Virus record (IMG/VR): IMGVR_UViG_3300009507_000022
Span: 1 to 55,890 of that record
Direction: 5' to 3' (one strand)
Length of the DNA stretch: 55,890 nt
DNA from: a virus
Lineage: Duplodnaviria > Caudoviricetes
Shown here: positions 21,501 through 31,878 of the stretch, one piece after another
How positions within the stretch are numbered: the stretch's first letter is position 1
Layout: the number at the start of each line of letters is the position of its first letter
Translations under genes and position numbers: made by a program
Notes under the pieces: model-generated
Databases searched by the model: none
Told to the model about the DNA's origin: nothing
The model's input: only the letters and a program-made list of their open reading frames with translations

Positions 21501-23467
21501 GAACCGGTTTGGTTTAATGTACCATCGGATTCCACACCCAATGCATATTTCCAAAGAGAAACATCTGAATATCCGTTTGATAACTTCCAACCTAAAGCTT
21601 CAGCAACTGATTTTAGTATTTCATCTGCCATACCATCTTTAGGGTGTTCTTCTCTACGATTAATATCCGTTAATGATTTAATATAAGTCCATTGAATATC
21701 AAAGTGTTGACCAATCATATCAACAAATGTAATGTATTCGGAATTCTTTTCATCTTCTTGTAGATGAATTGGAATCATATTTCTCAGCTTAGCATCATTA
21801 AAGTTATCATACAATGACGCAGATGCATATACCCCAGCATACCAATTCTCACCTTCAGTCGAGGTGGCCGCTCTTAAAACGTGAGGGAACGTAGAAGCCT
21901 TTGGATATGGTTCAATAGTATATGCTGAAGATGACCAATGTGTATATAGATTACTTGTAGTATTGTAATACAAGTAATGTTCAAAGTCATCAAACCCACC
22001 AATAATTCTATCTTTACGAATAATTGATTGTGAAATATTGGTTAGCGCTTCCGAACCACTTACTGATTGTAATGTATTGATTCTTGAATCATATGCTTCA
22101 ATTTGTTGTAGTTTATAAACAAAATTATCAACACGTTCAGTTGCAGATGAGAAATGTACAAAATTCTGAAAATCAGAGTAGTCGATGTTTAATTTTGTAG
22201 AACCAAGAGAACCGCTAAAATAATAGTTAATCAATTGTTGAGATGTTGTTGCGTTTACATCTAATAACGAATTCCAGTTTTGCCAATTTGTTCCCTCAGC
22301 ACCAACTTGGTCTGACATATCCATTCCGAAGTTCGGGTCGGAAAAATCAGGTCGTGATTGATTTTGTATACTTGGGAACGCAACAATTTTCTCAACCCAC
22401 GATTTCATAATACGAGCATCAATATTAAGAATATCACCTACTTCAATATTTGAAGCTAATGGTGTTGATAATTTTAATATCACATTGTTTACCAATGTTA
22501 CTGTATTATCAAATCGTCTGTATTCGAGTTGTAGGTCATTACGATTAATTGTAGCGAATACATCATCACCATTATCAATCGCAGTTTTTAAATTTGGTTC
22601 TTTTATATCCAAATCATCCGGTGGTGTTGTAAATGTTTTTTGCCCAGCAACCCATACAAGTACACCATTTGAATTTTGTTGAAGTTTATATTTTCTAAAC
22701 CTACCTGTTAGCTTTCCGAAGTTGGTTTGAGGTTGATTGATAGCGGGCACATATACTTCAACCATTGTTCTCCACAAATCAACCCCACCCTCAAATGTAC
22801 CATCAAATGGAACAAATTTAGTTGGTTGTGAATTCTGACCATTTGCTGCCGAAAAGAATGAAGTTGGGTATGATAGTGTTTCGTTTACAATACCGGTACG
22901 AGTCCCATCAAACTCAAGGTTGAATACATCGTATAACTCGTTAGAGCCAAAGTTTATAACAATATCTTTTTTAACACCAGATGTATCAAATGAATTAACA
23001 CCAACGGAGTTGATTAGATTTAGTAATGGTTTGAATGAATCTGAAATATTGTTTTTTGATACAAGTTTTACTTCAGTTCTATCGGATGATATGGCAAAAA
23101 TCTTTGCGTCTGGTATGACTCTAAATAAGAAGTTGTATACCATAGAATACGCGCCTTGTTGTATTCCGGTTAACCTTAAATCTAATTCAGGTTGTGTATA
23201 AATCGTGGGATTAGAACCTTTGGTTAAATATTTCGGTACATTACCATAAGATGACTTAATTAGGTTGGAATCCGCATAGATGTGTAATTCTTGGTTTGGT
23301 GTAAACACCAATCCTGTATTGTTGTCAATTTCACCAGTAATATCACCCAACGAAATATATGTCGGAATTTTAACGATATCACTCAAATTTTCAAGTGGTA
23401 TTGTTTCACCAAATACAGGAGTATATCCTAAAACCTGTTCTTTATTTTGAAATCTATTTAACGACAT
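18584..23467 (-). CDS. Large baseplate wedge protein (T4 gp7 / P2 gpI-like)
   Basis: ILKSVAEALGW...LPMLYKTKGTARSIKAILSTYG motif and IKQLLPARV; 1627 aa, near gp6. Confidence 0.7.
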   Translation of the reverse strand: MSLNRFQNKEQVLGYTPVFGETIPLENLSDIVKIPTYISLGDITGEIDNNTGLVFTPNQELHIYADSNLIKSSYGNVPKYLTKGSNPTIYTQPELDLRLTGIQQGAYSMVYNFLFRVIPDAKIFAISSDRTEVKLVSKNNISDSFKPLLNLINSVGVNSFDTSGVKKDIVINFGSNELYDVFNLEFDGTRTGIVNETLSYPTSFFSAANGQNSQPTKFVPFDGTFEGGVDLWRTMVEVYVPAINQPQTNFGKLTGRFRKYKLQQNSNGVLVWVAGQKTFTTPPDDLDIKEPNLKTAIDNGDDVFATINRNDLQLEYRRFDNTVTLVNNVILKLSTPLASNIEVGDILNIDARIMKSWVEKIVAFPSIQNQSRPDFSDPNFGMDMSDQVGAEGTNWQNWNSLLDVNATTSQQLINYYFSGSLGSTKLNIDYSDFQNFVHFSSATERVDNFVYKLQQIEAYDSRINTLQSVSGSEALTNISQSIIRKDRIIGGFDDFEHYLYYNTTSNLYTHWSSSAYTIEPYPKASTFPHVLRAATSTEGENWYAGVYASASLYDNFNDAKLRNMIPIHLQEDEKNSEYITFVDMIGQHFDIQWTYIKSLTDINRREEHPKDGMADEILKSVAEALGWKLSNGYSDVSLWKYALGVESDGTLNQTGSMETKARKQITEEIWRRILNTLPMLYKTKGTARSIKAILSTYGIPQAFLKIREWGGPTISTRKNVYEHERFVNKLQASPSKYISNPWDDIQSDRPNSIEVIGKMPKGNYHILRLTDSSNNVDYFWDYNTAQETARIRLAVNGIDIISSSYVPYKLRRDAAFVLTSGSIDIQAAWVDDWGNLLANPTATFSGTNATFNTVWSSTGTLQVPGPTTDSNVNSYETASIQEIRYFRDAITNEITTEHAKNREAYFSDDNTTDLDIDTSFDKLMYRIFPDSSFATTSSYIRSIQPNQRFTTTDSGLPLTASLINMGSGDLVGEVDTQFVTVPSMGALNLMNNKIRIESASLKGKLNPDKSNEISEYDYAPLDSNLLGTYFSTTDTVNFDIYNSEGYFEADDWVGDPDKRYNNDYPLLKFRAKNYFQKYTTGTAIDLILDMLSRYDMSVFEQIKQLLPARVDWHKGILIEPHVFERSKYRRPRDISYTRHMYDGTISNVGGVITASRHDYSSSLDLYDFQPSTYQYQIATLSSSLSCSLSTVNTNASASVYSTPIDSNDVYIVYDSASHNAHNLDFFTSSAAWIYNEENLGVFVDNSIGGIQTPSASIAQITNLSPGVYQLEIEAQYNIHASFNGAQHSFTLSTSEDSAAEGFGVFTSSSLVQSCVTLDESGTYVNRTNGYWEYSPTGSTVLNARPSKWYLEPKYFFTSSEDAATLTPNSTSFHSAEVQDTRLPLALENLYYNGCRISSDSLTTDSEDTPDGGPVVEITEVDSTTLVYSGKTAADGNLTNDGNVTGPVRKVPDDLLVSVNNKKKKNKNSAVNVASLQSSLEPLPFIVRNSKPKANIIKNDTNSIYAIEKSISNRFKIYKSNFVYYSLEGWQFGDWKSLTQLPKPSYRLSVNGVDTTNAIMGMKNTIRINDFNPTSTAGSLRVINQVFLTQVGTGQIVWNSAYQLNVIDYSFQIGSYPFDVEIRVILST

Positions 23468-23507
23468 ATATTATACCAACTTAATTATTTCCTTGACTAT
23501 CTGACTA

Positions 23508-23816
23508 TTAGTCATCATTCTGCCCTTGACCAAATCCAGAATCTTCTAAAGCTTGCGTCACATTTATAATGGTTTGTAGAGAAATTAACGGATTTACATT
23601 ATTGTCAGCAACTCTCAACTCATCTGAAATTGTAATATCAAATTCTTGAACAAATGATGGTTGGTTTAACTTTACAACCCGTGTACCACTCTGGCCAGCA
23701 GTATTAAAAGATGACTTACCATATGAATCTGATTGAATTGCAGAGTCGAGTGCACCATAAATTTCATATGATACAATTTGTCCCCTGCCGTTTCTTTTAA
23801 TTTCTCTTTCAGCCAT
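23508..23816 (-). CDS. Hypothetical protein (baseplate operon)
   Basis: Intact ORF with TAATG coupling to the upstream gene. Confidence 0.6.
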   Translation of the reverse strand: MAEREIKRNGRGQIVSYEIYGALDSAIQSDSYGKSSFNTAGQSGTRVVKLNQPSFVQEFDITISDELRVADNNVNPLISLQTIINVTQALEDSGFGQGQNDD

Positions 23817-25888
23817 TATCTAACCACCTTAAAGTAGAAGTTATCATCAAAGTATCTTGTAGTTCCATTTTGGTCTACTCTGAATACGAACTTGTAGAAT
23901 CGTTCAGGTTGTAATCCATTGAACCAGAAGTTAAAGTAGTTGGATGTAGAATCACAACTTATCTTTGTATAATTAGTATCGAATGGAATAATTACCTGTT
24001 CGGTCTCAGCGTCAACTACCGAATAATACGAGGTAGTTGGGAGGTATTTCACTAATGTATAGTTTGATGTTGAAGAGAATGTTCTTGCTGGGAATCGTTC
24101 TCTTGCATAAACTCTAATCTTACCTTTAGATGTTTCTTTGTATTCAGTTGATAGATTCTTAACATACACAATCATATCTTCACTATCAAGAGCGTCTAAC
24201 GAACCTGTTACAAATGATGAGTCATCCCATCGAACCTCAAGAACTGGTGGATAGATTGTATTGGTATCTGAAGAGAAGAATTTAATTGAACCAAATTTAG
24301 TTGTAGATTCTTCATCTACTTTTGATTTTTTAATAATCAATCCGTTATTAGTCCGTGTGTTGTTTAACCACTCGTTTACATAATCGGTAACTTGAGTATT
24401 GAGGTTATCGGTATATTTTGTAAAAGATTGTTTGTAATGCGTTCCGTTTGAAAATGATGAAGTATACCAAGTACCACCGCCTAAATTGTTATTCCAATGG
24501 GCATCATAATATATGTCAACATATTGAGAACTTGTAATATCGTGGTCTAATGATTGTAGTCTAAAATTGTCTAATGACGCGGAGTATTGACCACTTCCAC
24601 TGGCAAAGAACGACCATCTGAATAGGTATTCACCACGTTGTCTTGCTTGGAAATTTATAGTTGGGGAGGTACTCCCACTAATATATTTAGAGTAACCACT
24701 TAAATCGTTTTCATCTACAACTCTACCATTTGGGTCTAAAATAGTAAATTCAATTGAGCCGGTAACTTGACCATTATATAGTGGGTAATTACTATCAATA
24801 ATATCAAAACTTGAAGTATAGTTTCTATTTTCTTGTAAAGTATATTTTCTATTTAATGTAGCCCCACCATATTTAGAGGCTGTTAAAAATAGCGTGTAGT
24901 TAGATATTACAGCAGAGCCATTAATACCATCTTCGTTTTGGATTTCCTCATTTAATACATAAGTGGATGGTAGTGTTGTAAGGTTTGATGCGAATTGGTC
25001 TAATACAAGAGTTGATGTAGAAACCTCTCTATATAAATAAAAGTTATCAACAGACCCATCTGACCCATTAGCACCATTATTATCAAAGAATGTAAATTGT
25101 AGTTTGTATACACCATTAATGCTTGCTGTGAAAGCCATATTGTAAGTGTCGGTATTAACTAAAGATTCTTGGAAGTTTACAATGCTATCATTTAATAAAT
25201 CATTGTTTGGGTCTAATACATTAAAGTCAACTCCAGATAATGTGTTTCTGTTAAAGTCGAACTCAATTTTATAAATAGAACCGACTTCTAATGATGCTGA
25301 TAGATTAGCAGTACCACCACCATAGTTAGATGCGGACATTGTTAGTCTCCCATCAATAGATGCAATTTGTGGTGATTGTCCATCAGTACCTTTAATTGGT
25401 TCTATTAATTCAAAACCACCAACACTTGCTGCAAAATCATAGTATGCTTGTAACGATGCGATTGAATCAGGATTGGTTGGTTTTCCAACTGTTGAGTTAG
25501 TAGTATCCCAAGTGGCATCCAAACTTCTACTAACCCAACTTACATTAGTTGTATTATGTGGAGTGTCAGCTTCTGACCCAAGGCCTTCAGTCCAAGATTC
25601 CTTTACAGGAAACACATAAAGGTCATAGTTGGATTGTATCTCTTTGTTTTCAATATTCTCCAGTCTCAATCTATATTGAGGTGATGTGATATCACCACTT
25701 ACTATGGATGATGAGATTGATGATAAATCAAACTGAATTAATGCTCTACTATTACCCAACAAGGTAGTGTTATCGGTATCGTAAAACTTACCAACTTCAA
25801 GAATTTCATCCTTGCCCGTGTTTTGTAATTTACGAGAAGAGTCCTCGTAGATAGTGGCGTCTTTGCTTGGATATATTCTATAAATCAT
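23816..25888 (-). CDS. DNRLRE-like structural protein with two inserted tandem beta-sandwich domains
   Basis: DATIYE...NTG...SRALIQFDLS and NNGLIIK...FFSSDTN...PVLEV enclose two related repeats of about 150 aa. Confidence 0.65.
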   Translation of the reverse strand: MIYRIYPSKDATIYEDSSRKLQNTGKDEILEVGKFYDTDNTTLLGNSRALIQFDLSSISSSIVSGDITSPQYRLRLENIENKEIQSNYDLYVFPVKESWTEGLGSEADTPHNTTNVSWVSRSLDATWDTTNSTVGKPTNPDSIASLQAYYDFAASVGGFELIEPIKGTDGQSPQIASIDGRLTMSASNYGGGTANLSASLEVGSIYKIEFDFNRNTLSGVDFNVLDPNNDLLNDSIVNFQESLVNTDTYNMAFTASINGVYKLQFTFFDNNGANGSDGSVDNFYLYREVSTSTLVLDQFASNLTTLPSTYVLNEEIQNEDGINGSAVISNYTLFLTASKYGGATLNRKYTLQENRNYTSSFDIIDSNYPLYNGQVTGSIEFTILDPNGRVVDENDLSGYSKYISGSTSPTINFQARQRGEYLFRWSFFASGSGQYSASLDNFRLQSLDHDITSSQYVDIYYDAHWNNNLGGGTWYTSSFSNGTHYKQSFTKYTDNLNTQVTDYVNEWLNNTRTNNGLIIKKSKVDEESTTKFGSIKFFSSDTNTIYPPVLEVRWDDSSFVTGSLDALDSEDMIVYVKNLSTEYKETSKGKIRVYARERFPARTFSSTSNYTLVKYLPTTSYYSVVDAETEQVIIPFDTNYTKISCDSTSNYFNFWFNGLQPERFYKFVFRVDQNGTTRYFDDNFYFKVVR

Positions 25889-25898
25889 TTTCTACCTC

Positions 25899-27809
25899 TT
25901 AAAATAATGATACTACTCTACCTTTGATATCAACATCCGGATATTTTACCTCAAAACAAGTTGGGTCTTTTGGCGGATATACAATACCACTACGAGTTGC
26001 ATTTTTAATATTATATTTATTAGATGAATAGTTACCATCAAATTTATTTACAATTTGTAAACCACCATTTCCATCTTTATCAGGTCTTACAACGGTTTGT
26101 ACACCATCAACTCTATCTAATAACACATATATGTCAGTAAGTGTAATTGGTTTGTTAATTCCCATATTCTCAATCCTAAAGAAACTCTTTAGTGCATTAA
26201 TACATTTTAAAAGAACCTCATTTGAATTATAGTTTGGAAGAACTACGATTTCAAAGTCGATACCGATGTTTACAATATATGCGTTCTTGATATTTACAGC
26301 ATCGGTTAAGATACGATAATACGACAAATAGTTTTGTAAATTTTGTTTTGTAGCCGGATTTAGGATTTGTAAATTCTTGTTTGAATCATATCCTAAAACA
26401 TAGAAGTTGATAGCCAATGGATTTGGAATTGGGTCAATTCCATCATCCAATAATGTATTGATTTGAAAATCAGGAGCAGCGTATGCTTTTGCTACCGAAC
26501 CAAATTGTGGTGGTACTGCGTATGCTCTTAATAAATAGTCCTCTTTGGTTACCGCTCTATTTTGTGCTCTGAAGTATGCCATAGCATTATTACGAACTTC
26601 TTCGAGTTCTTCTTCGTATTTACCACCTGCTGCAGCTACTTCGTTTGTTACGGCTATTGAGTTTTGTACAACATTAAATACATCAGTAACTAATCCGGTA
26701 CTACTTGTTTCAATAACACGTTCAACAATTTCCGTGAGGTCTTGTGATGCTACATTATCAACTACACCAAGCCCCGTTCTATATGTTACAGTAAGAGTTG
26801 TATTTGCGGGTGCTACGCCATATGTTTTAGCATACATAAAGTTTGAAGGGTCAATACCTTGGTCGAGGTTTCCACTTGTACCATAAAGAGCAGAGCCTAC
26901 GTTATCTGGATTTGGAAGAATTTCTTCATCAGCGTTTTGAGATATACCACTGCCAAATTGAATATCAATTGTACCACCATCGGTAATACGAGTAATAAAT
27001 CGTTTAGGTACTCTTTTTAACTTTAGTAATGATGGCGTTTCATTTGCATATGCCGACATGGCAATTGAATAATCCGTGGTATTTGGTAGTTCTTCAAATA
27101 CAGTATCTTGTGCAAGGTAATCGACTTTAGTCCATTCATCACCATCATCATCAATGATTGATATTACATCAATAAGACCATCAGCCTCTAACTTAATTTT
27201 GTCGTATGGTTTTGGTTCGTTAAATTCAAAAGTAGTAGATTCTTGTTTTCCACTAACAACTTTAACATATTTTTTTAAAAGATAGTATACAGGTTCATCG
27301 GTTACTTCATCAATTTGATAAACTGAAACTTCGGTTGGGTCAAATGATGATGAGAATCCAAATCTAACTTTTTCAATAGTTGAAAATTCTACATCACCAT
27401 TTGTAGAAGAACCCACTATCATTCCCTCGGATAATGTTAACGCGTAATCAAAGTTTGGTCGTACAGTGTCACCACTACCTTGTGCTGGTACTAATTGATA
27501 AACTGTTAATGTGGTTGTAGCTGGAACATTTAGTTTTGGTTTGTATCCAAACGATTGTGCTATTGTAAATACATTTGATTTTTCTTGAGCTTGTTCTAAT
27601 AACGATTCCCTTAACTGAACATCAGTATAGTATGAAAGTACATCACCTACATATGATGCCATTTCGATAAACATCATACCCGGAGATGACTCATTAAAGT
27701 CATTGTAGGTTTGTGGGAAGTAATTTTTTGTAAAATCAATTAGGTTTTTGCGAATATCACCAAAATCTCTACCAATTAAATTTACACTCTTTTGTACTTT
27801 ATCTGCCAT
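25899..27809 (-). CDS. Baseplate wedge subunit (T4 gp6 / baseplate J-like)
   Basis: RDFGDIRKNLI, YVGDVLSYY, FGYKP, IQFGSG and AQNRAVTKEDY. Confidence 0.9.
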   Translation of the reverse strand: MADKVQKSVNLIGRDFGDIRKNLIDFTKNYFPQTYNDFNESSPGMMFIEMASYVGDVLSYYTDVQLRESLLEQAQEKSNVFTIAQSFGYKPKLNVPATTTLTVYQLVPAQGSGDTVRPNFDYALTLSEGMIVGSSTNGDVEFSTIEKVRFGFSSSFDPTEVSVYQIDEVTDEPVYYLLKKYVKVVSGKQESTTFEFNEPKPYDKIKLEADGLIDVISIIDDDGDEWTKVDYLAQDTVFEELPNTTDYSIAMSAYANETPSLLKLKRVPKRFITRITDGGTIDIQFGSGISQNADEEILPNPDNVGSALYGTSGNLDQGIDPSNFMYAKTYGVAPANTTLTVTYRTGLGVVDNVASQDLTEIVERVIETSSTGLVTDVFNVVQNSIAVTNEVAAAGGKYEEELEEVRNNAMAYFRAQNRAVTKEDYLLRAYAVPPQFGSVAKAYAAPDFQINTLLDDGIDPIPNPLAINFYVLGYDSNKNLQILNPATKQNLQNYLSYYRILTDAVNIKNAYIVNIGIDFEIVVLPNYNSNEVLLKCINALKSFFRIENMGINKPITLTDIYVLLDRVDGVQTVVRPDKDGNGGLQIVNKFDGNYSSNKYNIKNATRSGIVYPPKDPTCFEVKYPDVDIKGRVVSLF

Positions 27810-27818
27810 GTTCTATCC

Positions 27819-28253
27819 TCAAACAATAGATATATTTCCCTGCTCTGAAACAAGAATTGTTATTTGTGTATTTGCGCCCGATTCCGTTACTCTTACGCTC
27901 AACGATATGTTTACACTATTGTAATCTTCATTTGTGATTACACTAATATTATCAACAACGATATATGGTAACCAAAACTTAATATCATTTCTTAAAGAAC
28001 TTTCCAACTCATTACTTAAATCTGATGACATATTTTCGAATAGTAATGAGTATACATCCGACCCAAACAATGGTTGTAATGGTCGTTCACCCTTTCGAGT
28101 TAGAATTAGATTTTTTAAATTTGAAATTGCTTGCTCTTCAGTTGTATATGATAACTTAAACAAGGGAGACCCACCCAATGGTAGCATTACTCCAATTGCT
28201 GTATTTCGTTTTAAATCTAACGGATGTATCTTATACTCTTTACGAACTGCCAT
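27819..28253 (-). CDS. Baseplate wedge gp25 / GPW family
   Basis: NLKNLILTRKGERPLQPLFGS...LLFE. Confidence 0.92.
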   Translation of the reverse strand: MAVRKEYKIHPLDLKRNTAIGVMLPLGGSPLFKLSYTTEEQAISNLKNLILTRKGERPLQPLFGSDVYSLLFENMSSDLSNELESSLRNDIKFWLPYIVVDNISVITNEDYNSVNISLSVRVTESGANTQITILVSEQGNISIV

Positions 28254-28726
28254 TATTTACCCTTCTTGGTATTGATGTGTTTCATCAAACCAGAATAATC
28301 TCGTGTTAATGCATTAACAACCGCTTGACCTGCTTCAGTTTGTTGAAGTTGTTGTGTTGATACTTGACCGCCTTCGGTAGTTTGGAATGTTGATTGTTGT
28401 GTGTTAATTCCACCACCCCAACCTTGTGCTTGTGATGCGTTAAATACACCACCAGTTCCGTTGATATTTTTCCACTCACCACCTTGTGCGGTTTCATTCA
28501 ACAACTCATTTAATGTTGAGTTGTTAGTAAATGATTTTTTCGTTTCTTGCTTTGTTTCAAAGAGGTGGTCTACATCAAGCGGGTCTTTCTCAACAACTTT
28601 TGGTTGTGATTGTTTTACTTCTTTAAGGATAGATTCACGAAGAGACTTTTCTTTTTTAGCCACTTCCTTCTTCACTTCTTCCTTAACGATGAGTTGAATT
28701 GCTTTAATTAGTTTCTTTGTATCCAT
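28253..28726 (-). CDS. Hypothetical protein
   Basis: Intact ORF between the hub and gp25 genes. Confidence 0.65.
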   Translation of the reverse strand: MDTKKLIKAIQLIVKEEVKKEVAKKEKSLRESILKEVKQSQPKVVEKDPLDVDHLFETKQETKKSFTNNSTLNELLNETAQGGEWKNINGTGGVFNASQAQGWGGGINTQQSTFQTTEGGQVSTQQLQQTEAGQAVVNALTRDYSGLMKHINTKKGK

Positions 28727-28750
28727 GGTAATAAATATGTTTATGTATAA

Positions 28751-29764
28751 TTATTGTTTCATTAATTGTAATTGAGTTTTAACTTGTGTAATTGCTGATA
28801 ACAATTGAGGGCCTGCTGTGGTAAGACTTGGAACTGGAAAGGGGCCCGCAGTGGCTGCGGTTATGGCGGGCGCTAATTTAAGAAGTGCATCCGTGATTGA
28901 TTCCAACTGACTAAATATAATGTCCATATCAGCTTTCCAATTTGAAGTTGATATATTTACTGACTTAGCACCGCTAATAAGAACTGAATCCTTTTTTGAG
29001 TTAAGGACAACTCGTTCTGAATTAATTATAATTTGAGGATTCTGATATTGTTCGGTTGGTATAACACCTAATGTAAATTTATTAGATGAACTTAATCCAA
29101 TCTTTTGTTTAGAACCCAACCAAATCGAGGAATCATCTTTGTTGATGTCCTCTATAACATATTTGTTATATCCATTTGACTTACCAGCGCCATTTCTAAT
29201 AATTGTTATCGGAGATTCAGGAGTTGTCGAACTCCAAGATGGTTCGTTTGTAGCACCTTTTATTTTGTTATTAGTTGTCTTAACACCCTGTGGAGTGTAC
29301 CCAAACCTAATAGACTGGCCATATCTTCCTTCAAATATAATGTCTCCTAAAAATGGTTGAAGTTGTGATATTCCCGAAACCTCAATAAATCCGATACCAA
29401 AGTCTGCTTCACTATCGGTTGATGAATTTTGTGGTACACCTGCAGATACACTACCATAGCCGCCACCATCACCTTCTATGAGTTTGGATTCTGGTAATGC
29501 ATTATGATTTACATTTTTTTGGAGAGATACAATGGATGCGTAATAATTCCGTGTACCACCATTTAGACCAGACGCTTCATCCGAAGTGGTGGTATATACA
29601 TACACTTGTTCACCAAGGATGGGTATTTGTCTATGGTTTGTATTTAATGGATAACATCTAATCTTTGAACCAATCCCACCTGCGGTTGTGTCTACAATGA
29701 TACTACCAAAGTTATCAGCATTATCATCATCAAGGATTACACCCTTTACTACACCAACTTTCAT
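28751..29764 (-). CDS. Baseplate hub/spike (gp5/gpV-like OB fold)
   Basis: N-terminal CYPL...QIPILGEQV, GDIIFEGRYGQSIRFG and a beta-strand-rich C-half; position before gp25. Confidence 0.65.
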   Translation of the reverse strand: MKVGVVKGVILDDDNADNFGSIIVDTTAGGIGSKIRCYPLNTNHRQIPILGEQVYVYTTTSDEASGLNGGTRNYYASIVSLQKNVNHNALPESKLIEGDGGGYGSVSAGVPQNSSTDSEADFGIGFIEVSGISQLQPFLGDIIFEGRYGQSIRFGYTPQGVKTTNNKIKGATNEPSWSSTTPESPITIIRNGAGKSNGYNKYVIEDINKDDSSIWLGSKQKIGLSSSNKFTLGVIPTEQYQNPQIIINSERVVLNSKKDSVLISGAKSVNISTSNWKADMDIIFSQLESITDALLKLAPAITAATAGPFPVPSLTTAGPQLLSAITQVKTQLQLMKQ

Positions 29765-30123
29765 TCATCATCTCCATCTTCTTTAGGAAGGTCTTTTTCA
29801 ACCTCATCAATCGCATCCATCAGTTGTCTCTTTTCTTCTTCAGACAAAATAAACCCACCAGCTTCCGCTGATGAGTTGTCTTTCATCATTCGTTGAACGA
29901 TTGCCGCAAGTTTGATTAATGCATCATCATTCTTTACGGAAATATCAAGATATTCTTTAATAAGGGGTACAACCACTGCGGCATCGTTCAAGTTCTTGAC
30001 CATTGGTTCAAGTTGAGCAATTAGTAGTTTTACTTGTCGGTCTTTCTTCTTCTGATTGGAATAGATGTCAGCCATCAAATCAGAGAAAGATTTCCCTTTA
30101 AAGATTTCATCATCTTTAGTCAT
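29761..30123 (-). CDS. Hypothetical helical protein
   Basis: Intact ORF overlapping both neighbours. Confidence 0.65.
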   Translation of the reverse strand: MTKDDEIFKGKSFSDLMADIYSNQKKKDRQVKLLIAQLEPMVKNLNDAAVVVPLIKEYLDISVKNDDALIKLAAIVQRMMKDNSSAEAGGFILSEEEKRQLMDAIDEVEKDLPKEDGDDE

Positions 30124-30832
30124 TGAATTCCTCCACTCGGTGTGTTATACTTAATATACCAACCTTCATATAATCAACATATAATTCACCATAGATTGAT
30201 TTCATTTTACCAACTACTTTGGTGATATATTGAGTTTGGACACCAGTTCTCTCTCTAATAAGTATGTAAAGTGCCTTTTTGTTATATGAATATAGGTTGT
30301 CTCGTGTTTTAAATAACTCGGTTAATGAATCAGCAATTTTTCTATCTCTATCTTTTTGGAATAAGGTAAATATATTATAGTCCATATAACGAGCAAAATA
30401 ATCTATAAAATCTTTTAACTCATCCGCCTGTTGTTTATCATATACCTCATTTACAATATTACGATTAGTGTCAATAACATCAACACCATCACGAGCTTTC
30501 ATCCGTGCATAGTTTGCATTGTTCTCGTTAAAAAGATAGTTTCTGGCGATTACTGTAAAGTAGGAAAATGCCCTACCATTCTCACCTTTAAACTTGTGAA
30601 TCTTTTCGTTTAGGAATGCAACTACATTCATCTTCACATCTTCATATGGTACATCAAAGTAATATGTCTTATAAGTGTGAATTACATTTTCAGCAAGTTT
30701 GTCAAATGGATAGTGGATGAACCGATTGTAGATTTTATTCTTTAATCGTTGGTCATCACATCCGTTATAAGCGTTGATTGCAATTTCTGTAATGGCTGTA
30801 AAATACCTTTTACTCTTTCTCTTCCGACCCAT
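30116..30832 (-). CDS. Sigma-factor-like protein (T4 gp55-like late sigma)
   Basis: Region-2-like KIHKFKGENGRAFSYFTVIARNYL, preceded by KLAENVIH...YEDVK. Confidence 0.65.
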   Translation of the reverse strand: MGRKRKSKRYFTAITEIAINAYNGCDDQRLKNKIYNRFIHYPFDKLAENVIHTYKTYYFDVPYEDVKMNVVAFLNEKIHKFKGENGRAFSYFTVIARNYLFNENNANYARMKARDGVDVIDTNRNIVNEVYDKQQADELKDFIDYFARYMDYNIFTLFQKDRDRKIADSLTELFKTRDNLYSYNKKALYILIRERTGVQTQYITKVVGKMKSIYGELYVDYMKVGILSITHRVEEFND

Positions 30833-31091
30833 AGTATTCTTCCAATTCAGAAATTATTTCATATAAACTTTTAAAGATAAATCCAGTTTCATCATCAGCC
30901 TCAAAAGAACCCAATTGGTCAATCTCTTTCATACGACTTAATGAATTATCAATCTTTTCTGCGATATCAGCGACCAATTCCTCTTGTTCGAGAATTACAT
31001 CTTCCAAGGCTTCATTCTTACGCAACAAGTTGTATGTTGTGTATCCTAAAACCAAGGTTAAAACTGACAATATGATTATAGTTAATAACAT
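30810..31091 (-). CDS. Small N-anchored membrane protein
   Basis: N-terminal hydrophobic helix followed by an acidic coiled coil. Confidence 0.65.
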   Translation of the reverse strand: MLLTIIILSVLTLVLGYTTYNLLRKNEALEDVILEQEELVADIAEKIDNSLSRMKEIDQLGSFEADDETGFIFKSLYEIISELEEYYGSEEKE

Positions 31092-31093
31092 AA

Positions 31094-31876
31094 TTAATCC
31101 TCTACAATATCTTTGAATGCGTCAAACACACTCGTTGGTTTAACATCATTACTTGCAAAGGTTTCACTCAAGTCACCTTTCTTTGGTCTACCCGTAGTAG
31201 GTTTACGAGTTGATTTTACAGGGTTCATCTCAGCTTCCCATCGTTTGTTCTCATAGATAGCCGCCATTTGGTCTGCGGTGTGCATTATGAATGGAATTGA
31301 TGTGGCCAATCTATCATCGTTGTTGTACTTGATGTAATACTCTTTATTGTTTTCATCGTACAACCCATCGGTTAACCTCATACCAATCATTTCCTCTTCA
31401 GTATATTTAACACCAAAGTATTGTAGATTGTACATAGTTCGGTCATTAAGATTCATCCAATGGATTTTAGGATTGGTTTTATAAATTTTACCTTGATTCT
31501 TTACATGCCATTCGGAATCATTCTTAATGTAGTAATCCATTTCAGGAGTTCCTAACTTACCAAGGTCGTGATGAAGGGCTGTAAAGATTAGTGTTTCTCT
31601 ATCAAACTCTTCCATAATCATACCAAGGTCTTGCCATAGGTCATACACTTTTAGTGCGTTACGAGTAACACGAAGAACGTGGTCAATGTAACCACCTGGA
31701 AAAGCGTTGTGGTAATGTTCGACTGAAGATGCCGGGGTATATAGCATACGTTCTTCAAAGTGGTCGTACATTTTGTTAAGTGATTCTAATCGTTCACCGG
31801 TAAAGGTTTGATTGATTAGTTTACGAAACTTCTCGTAATTAGATACGAGTTCTTCTGCGGTAAAGAAGTCAAGCAT
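31094..31876 (-). CDS. HD-domain phosphohydrolase (YhaM-like)
   Basis: PASS...YHNAFPGGYIDH...ALHHDLGK...HTADQ. Confidence 0.85.
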   Translation of the reverse strand: MLDFFTAEELVSNYEKFRKLINQTFTGERLESLNKMYDHFEERMLYTPASSVEHYHNAFPGGYIDHVLRVTRNALKVYDLWQDLGMIMEEFDRETLIFTALHHDLGKLGTPEMDYYIKNDSEWHVKNQGKIYKTNPKIHWMNLNDRTMYNLQYFGVKYTEEEMIGMRLTDGLYDENNKEYYIKYNNDDRLATSIPFIMHTADQMAAIYENKRWEAEMNPVKSTRKPTTGRPKKGDLSETFASNDVKPTSVFDAFKDIVED

Positions 31877-31878
31877 TT

